A DNA stretch of 64,000 nucleotides, taken from NCBI GenBank assembly GCA_951406725.2, contig OX597814.1, positions 69,502,001 to 69,566,000 on the forward strand, read 5' to 3'. A program made the translations under genes and the position numbers. This document shows positions 13,105 through 24,721 of the stretch, in pieces; positions within the stretch are counted from its first letter, which is position 1; the number at the start of each line of letters is the position of its first letter. Below the pieces are notes generated by a model, which was given only the letters and a program-made list of their open reading frames with translations, ran no database searches and was not told the DNA's origin. Origin of the DNA: Octopus vulgaris. Lineage: Eukaryota.

Positions 13105-15607
13105 TCATCATCATCATTTAACGTCCGTTTTCCGCGCCAGCACGGGTTGGATGGTTCGACCGGGGTCTGGGAAGCCAGGCTCCAGTCTGATCTGGCAGAG
13201 TTTCTATGGCTGGATGCCCTTCCTAACGCCAACCACTCCGCGAGTGTAGTGGGTGCTTTTTACGTGCCACCTGCACAGGTGCCAGGGGGGGTCCGGCATC
13301 GGCCACGATCGGTTGGAGCTTTTAACGTGCCAGCGGCACGGAAGCCAGCCAAGGCGGTGCTGGCAACGTTCGGATGGTGCTTTTTATGTGCCACCGGCAC
13401 AGAAGCCAGTCGGGGCGGCACTGGCATCGGCCACGTTCGGATAGTGCTTTTTATGTGCCACTGGCACAGGCATCACAACTACTATTTCCATTGATATTTA
13501 TTTCGACGTTCATGTTCATGTACTTGACTCAACAGGTCTCCTCAAGTACAGCGGGATGTTCTGGGATCCAGGGTACTTTGAATGGGCAGGGGCTATGCGG
13601 AACTGATGCAGGAAGCAGCCCGGGTCTTTGCAGTCACAGCATATCTCCAGAGATCTCGGTCCTTCGCCATTGCCTCAGTGAGGCCCAATGCTCTGAGGTC
13701 ATGCTTGACTACCTCATCCCATGTCTTCCTGGGTCTACCTCTCCCCCTGATACCTTCAACTGTTTGGGAGTGGCACTTCTTCACACATCTCTCCTCATCC
13801 ATCCGCAGTACATGACCATACCATCGCAAGCGTCGCTCTTGCACACTACATCTGATGCTTCTTATATCCAGCATTTCTCTCAGGGTGCTTACACTCTGTC
13901 ATGCGTGCACACTGACATTACACATCCAGTGGATCATGCTAGCTTCATTTCTTTCAAGTCTACGCATGTCCTCTGCAGTCACAGCCCATGTTTCACTACC
14001 GTGACGCATGGCAGTTCGCACACATGCATCATACAATCTATCTTTCGCTCTGAGTGAGAGACCCTTTGTCGTAAGTAGGGGTAGGAGCTTTCTGAACTTT
14101 GCCCAGGCTATTCGTATTCTAGTGGTGATACTCTCTGTGCATCCACCTCCACTATTAACTTGGTCACCCAGGTAGCGGAAACTATCAACTACTTCTAGTT
14201 TCTCCCCCTGGAGTGTGACGGAATCTGTTTTCTGAGTGTCTGTGGTGTCTATTGTCCCTGTGCATCTGCCGCACATGAAAGCTATCTTATCAGTTAATTT
14301 CCCTTTAATGTTGCTGTACCTCTTATGCGTCCATAGCTTACATTGGGTGCATCTTATGGAGTTTCTACCTACACCTTTCCTACAGATCGAGCAGGGCCAC
14401 CTGCCCGAGGGTGTGTGTGCTGAGTTCGCTTTTCTGCTTACTATAACTTTGGTCTTTGCTACATTTACTCTAAGGCCCTTTGATTCTAACCCTTGCTTCC
14501 ACACCTGAAATTTCTTTTCTAGTTCCGGTAGTGATTCTGCTATGAGAGCAAGGTCATCAGCATAGAGGAGCTCCCAGGGGCATCCTGTTTTGAATTCCTC
14601 TGTTATTGCCTGGAGGACTATGATGAATAAAAGGGGACTGAGGGCTGAGCCTTGGTGCACACCTACTTCTACCCAGAATTCTTCATTATATTCGTTGCCA
14701 ATCCTAACCTTGCTGACAGCCTCTCTGTATAGAGCCTGTACAGCCCTTAGCCATTCGTCAATCTCCAGTTTCTGCATCGACCACCAGATAAGGGAGCGGG
14801 GAACCCTGTCAAAGGCTTTCTCCAAGTCCACAAAAGCTATGTAAAGGGGTACTTCTCCTGCAGTTTTCGGACCAGGAATATAGCATCAGTGGTGCTTCTA
14901 CCTGGCACAAAACCGAACTAGATCTCATCTAAGCAAATTCTCTCCCTAATGAGATGGGTTATGACACTCTCTGTGACCTTCATCACCTGATCCAACAGTT
15001 TAATACCCCTGTAGTTATTTCTATCTAGAGCATCACCCTTACCCTTGTAGCAGTTGACTATGGTGCTGCTACGCCAGTCATTGGGTATGACTCCATTATG
15101 AACTACCTGGTTTACAATGCGGGTGACTAGGCCATAGCCCACATAGCCAGCTGTTTTAAGCATCCCAGCAGTGATTCCTGATGGGCCGGGGGCTTTACCT
15201 GTTTTCATATCCTTAATTGCCTTAACTACAAGGGAGCTGTCTATTCGGATAGCTGGTCCCTCTACTGGGTCAACATTTGGCAGGCTCTCCTCCTCCCATT
15301 CATTCTCCTCATTCAGCAGTCTTTCATAATGGCTTCTCCAAGCCTCTTTCTTTTCACCAACAGTAAAAGCAAGTGCCCCATCATCCATGCGGACACATTT
15401 CTCTCCTGTAACATCACTATTTTCTCTGACACACTGTCTGGCAATCCGAAATACCTCAGCTCTTTGGTCCTCATGTCGCTGGACATTGGCAAACTTCTTC
15501 TTTTCTGCTACATACCCTTTTGGCTACCTGGTACAGTTCCCTGCTACCCCCATCCCTCCAGGCTTTCCAGGCCCGTCTCTTTGCACTAATGGCTTTATCC
15601 ACACCCA
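13102..15607 (-). mobile_element. 5'-truncated RTE-clade LINE with (TGA)n tail
   Basis: KAPGPSGI, NYRGIKLL, DLEKAFDRVPR, GVHQGSALSPLLF, LLYADDL, FRYLG, RRLRWYGHV, RGRGRPRKTW. The tail is (TGA)n at about 13102-13117. Confidence 0.93.
13250..13470. repeat. Four roughly 64-bp tandem units in the RTE 3' region, each with a GTGCC-NNN-GGCAC-type hairpin
   Basis: ggtgctttttacgtgccaccggcac variants at about 13251, 13315, 13376 and 13443. The same units recur at 56240-56395. Confidence 0.8.
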
Positions 15608-15674
15608 ACATACACACAGAGATGTATTTTATCCATATATACCTATTCATACATACATATACGCATATATATAC

Positions 15675-15735
<61 letters not shown>

Positions 15736-15739
<4 letters not shown>

Positions 15740-16125
15740 CGTATATTTGCCATTTGAATATGGCTAAACCCTAAGGGTGGATGCTACTGTAGTTTGTAGC
15801 CCCAGGAGGACACCTCCTCCAGCTGGCTATAGACACACTTTCTATGCCCTATCAGTATTTGCAAAGGGAAGCCATCCTTCCTGTCTTCATTTTATGATAC
15901 ACACGGACTCGAGTTTCAGGGTATTGACCCGTCATCAGCGTGTGACAATCATAGTTGTTGATGAGAAGTAGGTTCCCTTCACAAATACATATACTTTTTC
16001 CAGTATCGATTGACATTGATATTGAAAAAGTGTAATCAAACAATGATAAATCTCAGAGCGAGTTATAAACAGTAGCAGCAACACATCGTGATGTATATTT
16101 GCCATTTGAATATGGCTAACCCCTA
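15736..16125 (-). mobile_element. Non-coding 352-bp unit with 38-bp terminal direct repeat and an internal hammerhead (retrozyme-like)
   Basis: gtgacgtatatttgccatttgaatatggctaaacccta (15736-15773) repeats at 16088-16125 with 2 mismatches. No credible ORF; hammerhead at 15900-15944. Confidence 0.75.
15900..15944 (-). ncRNA. Minimal type I hammerhead ribozyme with intact core
   Basis: Minus strand: CACACG-CUGAUGA-CGGGUCAAUACCCU-GAAA-CUCGAG-UC^CGUGUG. Helix I is 6 bp, helix II is GGGU/ACCC, helix III is palindromic, and the cleavage triplet is GUC. Confidence 0.88.
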
Positions 16126-16589
16126 CAAGCATACACATGTCTGCACGCACATGCACACATGCATATGCATAAATATAACTATCATTTCTTATTTCTTAAA
16201 TTATATGCAGGAGCTGAGGTCAAAATTTTCCAATTGAGGTCATAACTAATTCCCTTATCCTTAAGTTCTCATATATATTTATTTAAACCAGTGGAATTGT
16301 TCTTATTTCTGTTCCTAAAAGTATACAAATGGTAGGTCAATCGCTGTTTTATAGAGTTTCAGGTAGCCCCCACATAAACCAAATTATTCAATTGAGTAAT
16401 TACTATACATTGGTAAACTACCTCTTTTTTATTGCAAGACTTATTAAAAGCACAATTATTATTATTTCTACAATCACAAAGTCTATACTGTTGTGTGGGG
16501 TTTACACTGGTTTGGTTAGTGTGCATGGTGGAGGTAGCATGTGGTGAAGTATAGCTGTTATTGTTATTCCTGATGTTATTATTAGAGCT

Positions 16590-19045
16590 GTTATTATTAT
16601 TATGTTGGTGGCCAGGTTGGTTCTCGACCAACATGAAGGCTGCATTGTCAGAGCTAAGGCATGTTCGGTAAGCGGGGAGAGAACTAAGGCCACTCGATGG
16701 GCCTGCATGGCGGAGGTGAAGCGTGGCAACAAAGCGACCATTCGGTCTTTGGTGGACCAGATGTGTGTGATCTTTCAGCGGCACTTTGCTCAACTGTTCA
16801 GGACGAACAGTGGGATGAACAATGGGACAGACTTCAGTGTGTACCAGGACGGCCTACCGCAACTCTCAGCCAGCAAAGTGGAGTGCTGTGAAAGACCGAT
16901 ATCTGCCTGGAAGTAGAGGAAGTGATGAAAAGCTGCACGAGAGGTAGATCGCCAGGTTTAGATGGTCTGCCCTACGAGCTTTACACTTCAATACCAGATT
17001 TGTTTGTGGGCCTCTTGGCCAACGTCTACTGCAAAACAGGAGAATTCCTGCTTTTGTTTGTCGAGGAGTAGTGGCTTTGCTGAGAATGGACCCAAACAAG
17101 GGGGACGTGATAGGGAACTTTAGGCCTATCACTCTGCTCAATGCAGAGTTGAAGATTTTGGCCAAGGTGCCAGCCAAGAAATTGGTGCTTGTTGTGGACA
17201 AGCTGATTGGCAAGGCGCAGACATGCACCATACCAACTAGGTCTATACACAATAACCTCCATCTCATGCACTACATCATAGAGAGGGTGGGTAACGAAGG
17301 TAGCACGGGTGGGGCTTTGATCAATTAAGATCAGTCTAAAGCCTTTGATAGGGTCGACCATCAATACCTGGCAGCTGTTCTCAAGGCAGCCGGTTTCGGT
17401 CCGGTCTTCCACGGGTGGATTGCTGCTTTGTACAGTGGCATCTGCTCAGTCATAAGCCCAGTCTCCTCCCTCCTGTATGTATTGACTCTCGAGCCATTAC
17501 TGCGGAAGTTGGAGGCTTTGAGGGGTATCCCATGCTATCTAGGATGTGGAAACAGTGTGTCTGCCTATGCCTATGACGTCACCGTAATGGTGTTGAGCCA
17601 CAGGCACACTGACCTGATCGGCGAGACACTAAGCAAATACAAAGCGGTGACAGGTGCAAAGATTAATGCGGAAAAGTCAGTGGGCTTGCAACTGAGCACC
17701 TGGAGGGGCAAGTCCATGCCATCCTTGAAAGGTCAAGCAGAGGTGGCGAATGCATACATCACATCCGTCATCTATTACCGATTGACTGTCGTCCCTTGTC
17801 CCAACCGCTGGTTGGCCAAGCTGTTATGTTTGCTCTTCAACTTTTTGTGGAAGAGTCAGGTACCACCGGTCAGGTGCTTCATCTGCTGTCAGCAGCCGCT
17901 GAACGAAGGCCTTGGCATGCCGTGGTTACTGATGCACAGACATGCACTCAGGCTACAGCATCTCAAGCGTTTACTGGACGGTGAATAGGTGTGGTCATCC
18001 TTCGTCAGATATGACTTTCCGCAGCTTGTCTCTTTCACAGAGCTGCAATCTTGGATCAAACGCAGACCGAGAAAGGGTGCTTGGCACCTTGAGTGCCGTC
18101 AAGCTCTCTCTGCTCTCCACCAAGTGGGCAATGCAATCGGTAGTTGTTCCACTCTAGCATTCTATAGAGGGTTAGTGGAAGAAAAGTGTGACGACATTCT
18201 CAGGGAAACTCTAGGCGTCGACGATAATGAGTTAAACAGTCTGTTCAGAAGAACTTTCGGGCCGGGGCCCATGGATAATTTCCAAAGGTCCCTCGCCTGG
18301 CTGTGCTAATGAGGGTGCTGCCTGTTCGAGATAAACTCTACCGGCACAGAAGTGCCATCAGCCGGGCCTGCCCGAGGTGCGCCCAGGACAACGAAACCAT
18401 TCTGCATGCACTCGTTCAATGCCTGAGTATTGCTGACCTGTGGGTTTATGTCAAATAGCTACTGTCACATATAGGATGGATCTGGCTATCAGCTGAATCC
18501 ATAGTGAAGATTGCCCCACCGACCTCCTTTAACCGGGAGGGCAAGGCAATTTTCCTTTGTCTGGTGGCTATAGCGAAAGAAGTAGTATGGTGGACTCATT
18601 TGAAAGGGCTAAAGTCAGACACTTTCCTCTTTGGCCAAGTCTCATCAACTTTTTCAAGTTCCACTTGAAAAGGAAGATGAGAGTAGAGAGAATATTGAAA
18701 GGTGGGTGAATGTCGGAAAAATGGCCAGTATGAACGGACCAATTCTGAGGTTACACCTGTAATATAAAAAGGTAAATATAAAAGGGGAAAGGGGTTCTCT
18801 ACCCCTTTTTGACCAGGCTCCATGGGTTCTTCCATGAGTAACCTTTCGAAGTGCCTCCCCCTATTAGGAGTTTTACTTGTTATATAATTTTGTTGTTATT
18901 TTGAATGCTTACACGGACCTTTCTATTGGACAAAACCCTTTGTACATTTCGTCCTGTATTTGTCCTTACATGTTTTCTTGATTTTTGTTAGCCCTTGTGG
19001 CCAATAAACCAGAATTAATTATTATCTTTATTATTATTATTTTTT
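16590..19045 (+). mobile_element. 5'-truncated L1/Tx1-clade LINE, decayed
   Basis: GRSPGLDGLPYELY, GNFRPITLLNAELKILAK, DQSKAFDRVDH, SAYAYDVTV, C-terminal CPRC..ETILHALVQC knuckle, then AATAAA and an (ATT)n tail. Confidence 0.88.
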
Positions 19046-19049
19046 TTTT

Positions 19050-21480
19050 ATTGGAGTAAAAAGTGTCGAGTTTTTTATTCTTCATGGAAGAGATAATAGT
19101 AGCTAGGTTATGTGTCAGGCTATGACCTATTCTTATTGTTTTACTATTAATAAGTTCCCAGTACTTATTATTTCTTTTAATAAAGTGTTTGTTAATTAGT
19201 TTAAATATGGGTTTAACTAAGTTATTTTGATTTGCATAGCATATGGTATTATTAGCCATAGAGTATCATTTCCTTAGTCCGCATAATTAGGATTACTATT
19301 TGTTGATCCTTTGCTTTTATTTGAACAATAATTATTATTGACCTTCTCACATCAATAAGTATGTCTATATTATTATCATTAGTGGAGCTAACGACAGGTA
19401 TCTGTTTTGGATTTTTTGTGCTATTTATTTTATCATTATTATATCTGAGTGTATTTCTAGGATTTTAAAATTATTTTTATCTTTATTACTACTGTAAATG
19501 TTCTTATCATAGGTATCCTTAACATTTTCATTATTATAGGGAATATTTAATTTTATCCTAATAACCTGTATTTTTGAGTGCTACATTATATTTTTTTATG
19601 CTTATTAAAGATGGCTTCATTGGAGGATAGATGGGAGATTCTTTTGCTGATATTTCTTAAAACAGCTCTTTTTATTGATTGAGGATGGTTACTAAAATTA
19701 TAGATGTATCTTAAATTAGAGTTCTGTTTCATATATGGTTCATGTAGTCCAGTATTTAGATTACAATTTGTGTCCAGATAATTAATAGAGTAATTTTCGT
19801 TTTTTATAGTAATAGAGAGACCAAATTTACTGAAAAATCTATATAGGTGCTTCTTTAATAGTTCTAGGTACCTATTAGAATAATTTCTAACTATAAAAAG
19901 TGCATTGTCTCTATACAGACCTCCTCCTAATTCGGGGAATTCTCTATTTATGCTATCCAAAAGGTAAATTCCCACCAAGTCTGTCACCTCAGCTGAATCT
20001 GGTGAGCCCATTGTAATATCAAAGAGATTAGGGGTGTCATTTCTTGCCCATAATTTGTTATCAAATTTGATAACAGATTTATGAGCTGTAAGTATAACAT
20101 TAATTTCCCTCATACTTAAATTAGTATATTTTCTTGTGAAAATAAGAGCACTGTTCAAAATAGTGGGATTAATTGAAGAGTAGTAATTTGGTATGTCTAT
20201 TTGCAGGAATTTATGTTTATCCTTATTTTGTATATTGGAGAACCAGTCCAATGCACTTTGGGCATTATTCCATAGTTCTAGCTTAATTTTGTTCTTCAGT
20301 GTTGGTAAGTATTTGTCTAAAATTACCTTACTGAGTTTACTTATGTCCAATTTATTGGGACATATTAATCTTACTTATGTTTTATTTAGGAAGTTATCCT
20401 TATGGTCCTTAATTGTAACACGGGGTCTGATTGGTGTGAATGGTTCTGCCTTATCATTGAAGCTGTAGTCAAACATAATTTTCTTGGCTTCTTAATTTAT
20501 TTTCTGGATAGTATTATTAGGGACTATCTTATACATTTTAGTAATTTCCCTTTGGATGAGTTCATGGTAGGTATTAAGGTCAATGTTGTATTATGTTCTT
20601 AGTTTTGTATCAAGATTACAAATCAGGTTTTTAAGCTTCCTCTGGTATGGGTTATGCCTGATGGGGTGGTTCATAAATTTAATGTTCATAATAATATTCC
20701 ATAATTCTTGCTCAAAAGTGTCCAGGTCCTTTTTAGTTGGTGGTGTTTTTTTAGATTTAAAGATACGATTGGTTAGCTCATTAATTTCTGTGTTGCTGGT
20801 ATTGGGTATTTGTAGTATTACAAGTGCTGTGATCCAACTGTGATAGTTTCCATTCATGGTGACATACTTTCCAGTGGAGCCTATGATTGAATTCATTAAT
20901 TCTAAATATGAGTTCCTTGAGATAAGAGTATTTGGGAGGTATAGGTATGTCTTTAAGCGATGAGTCAATCTTAATCAACTCCATTTTGCCAGTAGTATTC
21001 ATCTTAAAGACTTATTTATGTTATCTATGTATATTTGCATTAACAACAAGTGCCATACAATAAATAAATAAACAAGCATTTTATCAATATAATTAGGTAT
21101 ATAGGAGTTAGAGGTTAGACAACCATCTAAAGGATAATAAATATCCAATTATACTACTGGAGGGATACCTGTTTATATTCAAAGACTTACTGTTGCAAGG
21201 CAATAGTACAATTGAATAATAGGTACAAGTGGAAGTTAACAAATGTTTATCCAGAAAGGAAGAAAATTGAGAAGAGATTCAATTGACAAACATCAGTAAG
21301 ATTTATTTACTATAATCATAGGAATAAATAAATACAACTCCACTCTTACAGCTATTTCTATTTTGAGGATCCAGTATGCTAAGGTTGACATATCATACAA
21401 ATATTGAACTACAAAGCTTCATCAGAGAGTCAGTATGTCCATAATGTTAAGGATACAAGGTAAAAAATAAAAAAGTAAAG
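19050..21480 (-). mobile_element. Penelope-like element (RT region, decayed) with 5' terminal-repeat region
   Basis: SLKDIPIPPKYSY, LQIDIPNYYSSIN, FDITMGSPDSAEVTDLVG, GLYRDNALF, YLDTNCNL, SNHPQSIK. A hammerhead motif lies upstream of the ORF. Confidence 0.85.
21342..21430 (-). ncRNA. Hammerhead motif (type I, extended helix II) in the PLE 5' region
   Basis: Minus strand ACUCU-CUGAUGA-(about 60 nt)-GAAA-UAGCUG-UA^AGAGU. Helix I is ACUCU/AGAGU; UAGCUG is one change from palindromic CAGCUG. Confidence 0.7.
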
Positions 21481-21536
21481 ACCAAGGTTATATTCAGAAG
21501 TTGTGAGATCACATCTTATTGTTTGTTTTCATTCAG

Positions 21537-22443
21537 TTTCCTTGTATGTCTCCACTGTCCTGCTTTGTTCCCAACTTTGACCCTCCATAAATCCAAAATT
21601 TTATTTTGGTATTTATGGGAGCAACTGTCTTTGAAGACTCATATTGTCGTTCAATGCTTGAAATGAGGAATAGACAGCCAACAACTGATGAAAGGTCGTT
21701 GTCTTGTTTTCCATTTATTTCTCTTGTTGTTTGCATATTGAACTCATTTGTTTTTGTATTTCATGTTGTTTACTGTTGGTGACATCCCATACCCATATAT
21801 GCATATTTATATTATTATTTGATTGACCACCACACATCCATTTCCAAGTAAGTTTTTCTCAATCTTTTTGATGTGACTCTTCTCTATACTGTTTTCTCCC
21901 CTTCTTTTTCTCCCCTTCACTGTTTTCTATCTGTCTCTTTCTCTCCCTCTTTCTCTTTTCCTCTCTCCCATTGCTCACACATGACCATCGTCCATTTTTC
22001 CTTTTCTTACGAGATTGTCTTTCTTTTCCTTCAGGACTGTCCCAAGGACTGGACGTATTCTATCTCTCTCTTCTATCTTATCTCTTTTCAAAGAAATATT
22101 TCTCCAGCGTTCACTATTTTACTCTTGTTCTGGTCTAACGATCCTCCATTATTGTTTACATTCTGTTTCCTTGTATGTCTCCTCTGTCCTGTTTTTGTTC
22201 CCAACTTTGACCCTCCATAAATCCAAAATTTTATTTTGGTATTTATGGGAGCAACTGTTTTCGAAAACTCATATTGTCATTCAATGCTCAAAATGAGGAA
22301 TAGATAGACAGCCTGCAACAGAAGACTTGTTCTTTGTTTTACTTATCCTGTTTTCTATTTGTTTCTCTCATTGTTTGCATATTGAACTCATTTGTTTTCA
22401 CATTTCCTATTGGTTACTGTTGGTGATGTCCTGTACCTATATA

Positions 22444-22450
<7 letters not shown>
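21537..22450. repeat. Pair of roughly 280-bp diverged direct repeats around a CT-rich spacer
   Basis: tttccttgtatgtctcc...cccaactttgaccctccataaatccaaaattttattttggtatttatgggagcaactg...atatgcatat at about 21537-21808 and 22166-22450. Confidence 0.8.
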
Positions 22451-22521
<71 letters not shown>

Positions 22522-22527
22522 TGTATA

Positions 22528-22572
<45 letters not shown>

Positions 22573-22589
22573 ATATATGTATATATGTA

Positions 22590-22622
<33 letters not shown>

Positions 22623-22897
22623 GATGATGATGATGATGATATATGTATATATATATGTATATATATATATATGTATATATATATGTGTATATATATATGT
22701 ATGCATATATATGTATGTATATATATATATGTATATATATATGTATATATATGTATATATGTATATATATGTATATATGTATATATATGTATATATGTAT
22801 CTATATGTATATATGTATATATATGTATATATGTGTGTGTGTGTGTATATAAATATATGTATAAATATATGTGTATATATATATGTATATATATATG

Positions 22898-22929
<32 letters not shown>

Positions 22930-23031
22930 CATATATATGTGTGTGTGTATGTGTATGCATATATATACATATACATATATTATTTATGCTATTATTTGAT
23001 TGAATGCCACGCACCCATTTCTATGTAAATT

Positions 23032-23072
<41 letters not shown>
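22440..23072. repeat. Compound (TA)n/(TATG)n/(TG)n/(GAT)n microsatellite block
   Basis: Directly visible; it explains the Y/I-rich spurious ORFs here. Confidence 0.95.
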
Positions 23073-23078
<6 letters not shown>

Positions 23079-23238
23079 AGATAGGGGTTGAAAATTCAAC
23101 CCACCATGGGATAACATATATCCAATATACTGCTAGAGAGGTACCCAACAATACTAATACATAAATGTTAAAAATTGCCATGCAATTAATTCATCTACTG
23201 TATTATGTGGGCAAAGGTAAAAATATTACCGTAAATTA

Positions 23239-23418
23239 ATACTACAAAATTAGAAAATGGAGAAACATACTTAAATCAATCAAATATCAACCATCAGATG
23301 ATACCCAATCAATACTTTATTACACCATTTGGTGTAATAAAGTATTGATTGGGTATCATCTGATGGTTGATATTTGATTGATTTAAGTATGTTTCTCCAT
23401 TTTCTAATTTTGTAGTAT
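23239..23418. repeat. Perfect 180-bp palindrome (89-bp arms, 2-nt spacer)
   Basis: atactacaaaattagaaaatggag...tattacacca-tt-tggtgtaata...ctccattttctaattttgtagtat. No mismatch found by eye. Confidence 0.95.
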
Positions 23419-23440
23419 ATATATATATATATATATATAT

Positions 23441-24014
23441 CCTGAACAGGATAAGCTACCCCTATTTTGCAGAAAAAAGTGTTGGCGGCCGGCTATGAGA
23501 CTCGAACTCACACCTCTGTGATTACGCATTGTGGTGCTCTGAATCATTAAGCTAAATGACTCACACCTCAAATTCCTCCACAAATTTAAGATATATAGAA
23601 ATCTCACTTTATGAGACACTATCATACATTAAATTAAAATTATGATGGACGTAAATAAACAAAGTTTGCTTTAAAAGTGTTGAGATGTCTTTAGAAAGTT
23701 AAAGAAGTGATTTTAAATTCTCAAATGCAGGATAATGCAAATAATACAGCCTGAACAGGATAATCTACCGTTATTTTGCAGAAAAAAGTGTTGGCAGCTG
23801 GCTATGAGACTTGAACTCACACCTCCGTGATTATGCAACGCAGTGCTCTGAACCATTAAGCTAAACCATCCACACCACAAATTCTTCTGCAAATTTAAGA
23901 TATATAGAAATCACACTTTATGAGACACTATCATACGTTAAATTAAAATTACAATGAACGTAAACAAACAAAGTTTGCTTTAGAAGCGTTGAGATGTCTT
24001 TAGAAAGTTAAAGA
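23441..24014 (-). repeat. Tandem duplication (309-bp period), each unit carrying a tRNA-like sequence followed by a T6 run
   Basis: Units start cctgaacaggataa at 23441 and 23750. Minus strand has TAGCTTAATG(G/A)TTCAGAGC...GAGTTC(G/A)AGTCTC...CCAACACTTTTTT. Confidence 0.8.
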
Positions 24015-24080
24015 TACATGAACACTTTTAAATACAAACATTGAGAGAAGTTTGTGTGGAAAATTCTAAAATAAACATAC

Positions 24081-24173
24081 TTGATCTTCTGGTCGAGTGC
24101 GGTCATTTCTTTTTAAAGATCCTGCAACTACCAAAACAGATTTGATAGCCCTCAGTCCCCAATCATAATGATC
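24081..24173 (-). CDS. DNAH9/DNAH17-like: Dynein heavy chain exon E, AAA1 sensor II
   Basis: Absent from the ORF track: ctctaaag|[31 protein letters not shown]|gtatgt. 93 nt. Confidence 0.95.
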
Positions 24174-24721
24174 CTTTAGAGATATAAGAAAAAAATGGGA
24201 AGAGAATTAATGCATTTTATCAGTCATGAAATATAAAAATATGAATAGACGAACAGAGAAATTAATGAATTTTCATTAAATGCAAACTTTTGTTTTTACA
24301 ATATGTATGACACTAGAGTTGTAATTATTACAATACTCATAACCCAGGTTAGTAAGATATGATCAATATATATCATATGCTATGTCTACATATACTTTTT
24401 TTTGTGGGTGATGCTTTAGTATTTGAAGCTGTTGAATTTGTTCCAGTTTATAAGACATACTTTCTACAAATCATACAACACAAGCTGGAGTCATTCTGTT
24501 TATTCATTTATTTTTTTTTTTTGCATTTGTCTTTTAGCATTTCCACTTTCTTGCTATAACATCTGAACTTAGTTGTTCTGTATGTCCTTTGTGCTTGAAA
24601 TGAGAGAAACAACAAATAGAATGGGAGTGAGTGACATTACTGTTCATCTGCATTTAGCATCTCTGAAGATGCTAAATGCAGATGAACAATCCAAACTATC
24701 AGAATTTGTCATATTATTAAT

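Noticed and set aside
13250-13470. Regularly spaced palindromic repeats resembling a CRISPR array
   Set aside because: Eukaryotic context, spacers similar to each other, no cas genes, and the array is part of the RTE 3' region repeated at 56240-56395.
22327-23028. Several 180-230-aa ORFs on both strands
   Set aside because: They are translations of (TA)n/(TATG)n microsatellite (YIYI...). The same applies to the ORFs at 419-655, 34609-35040, 37311-37754 and 39262-39534.
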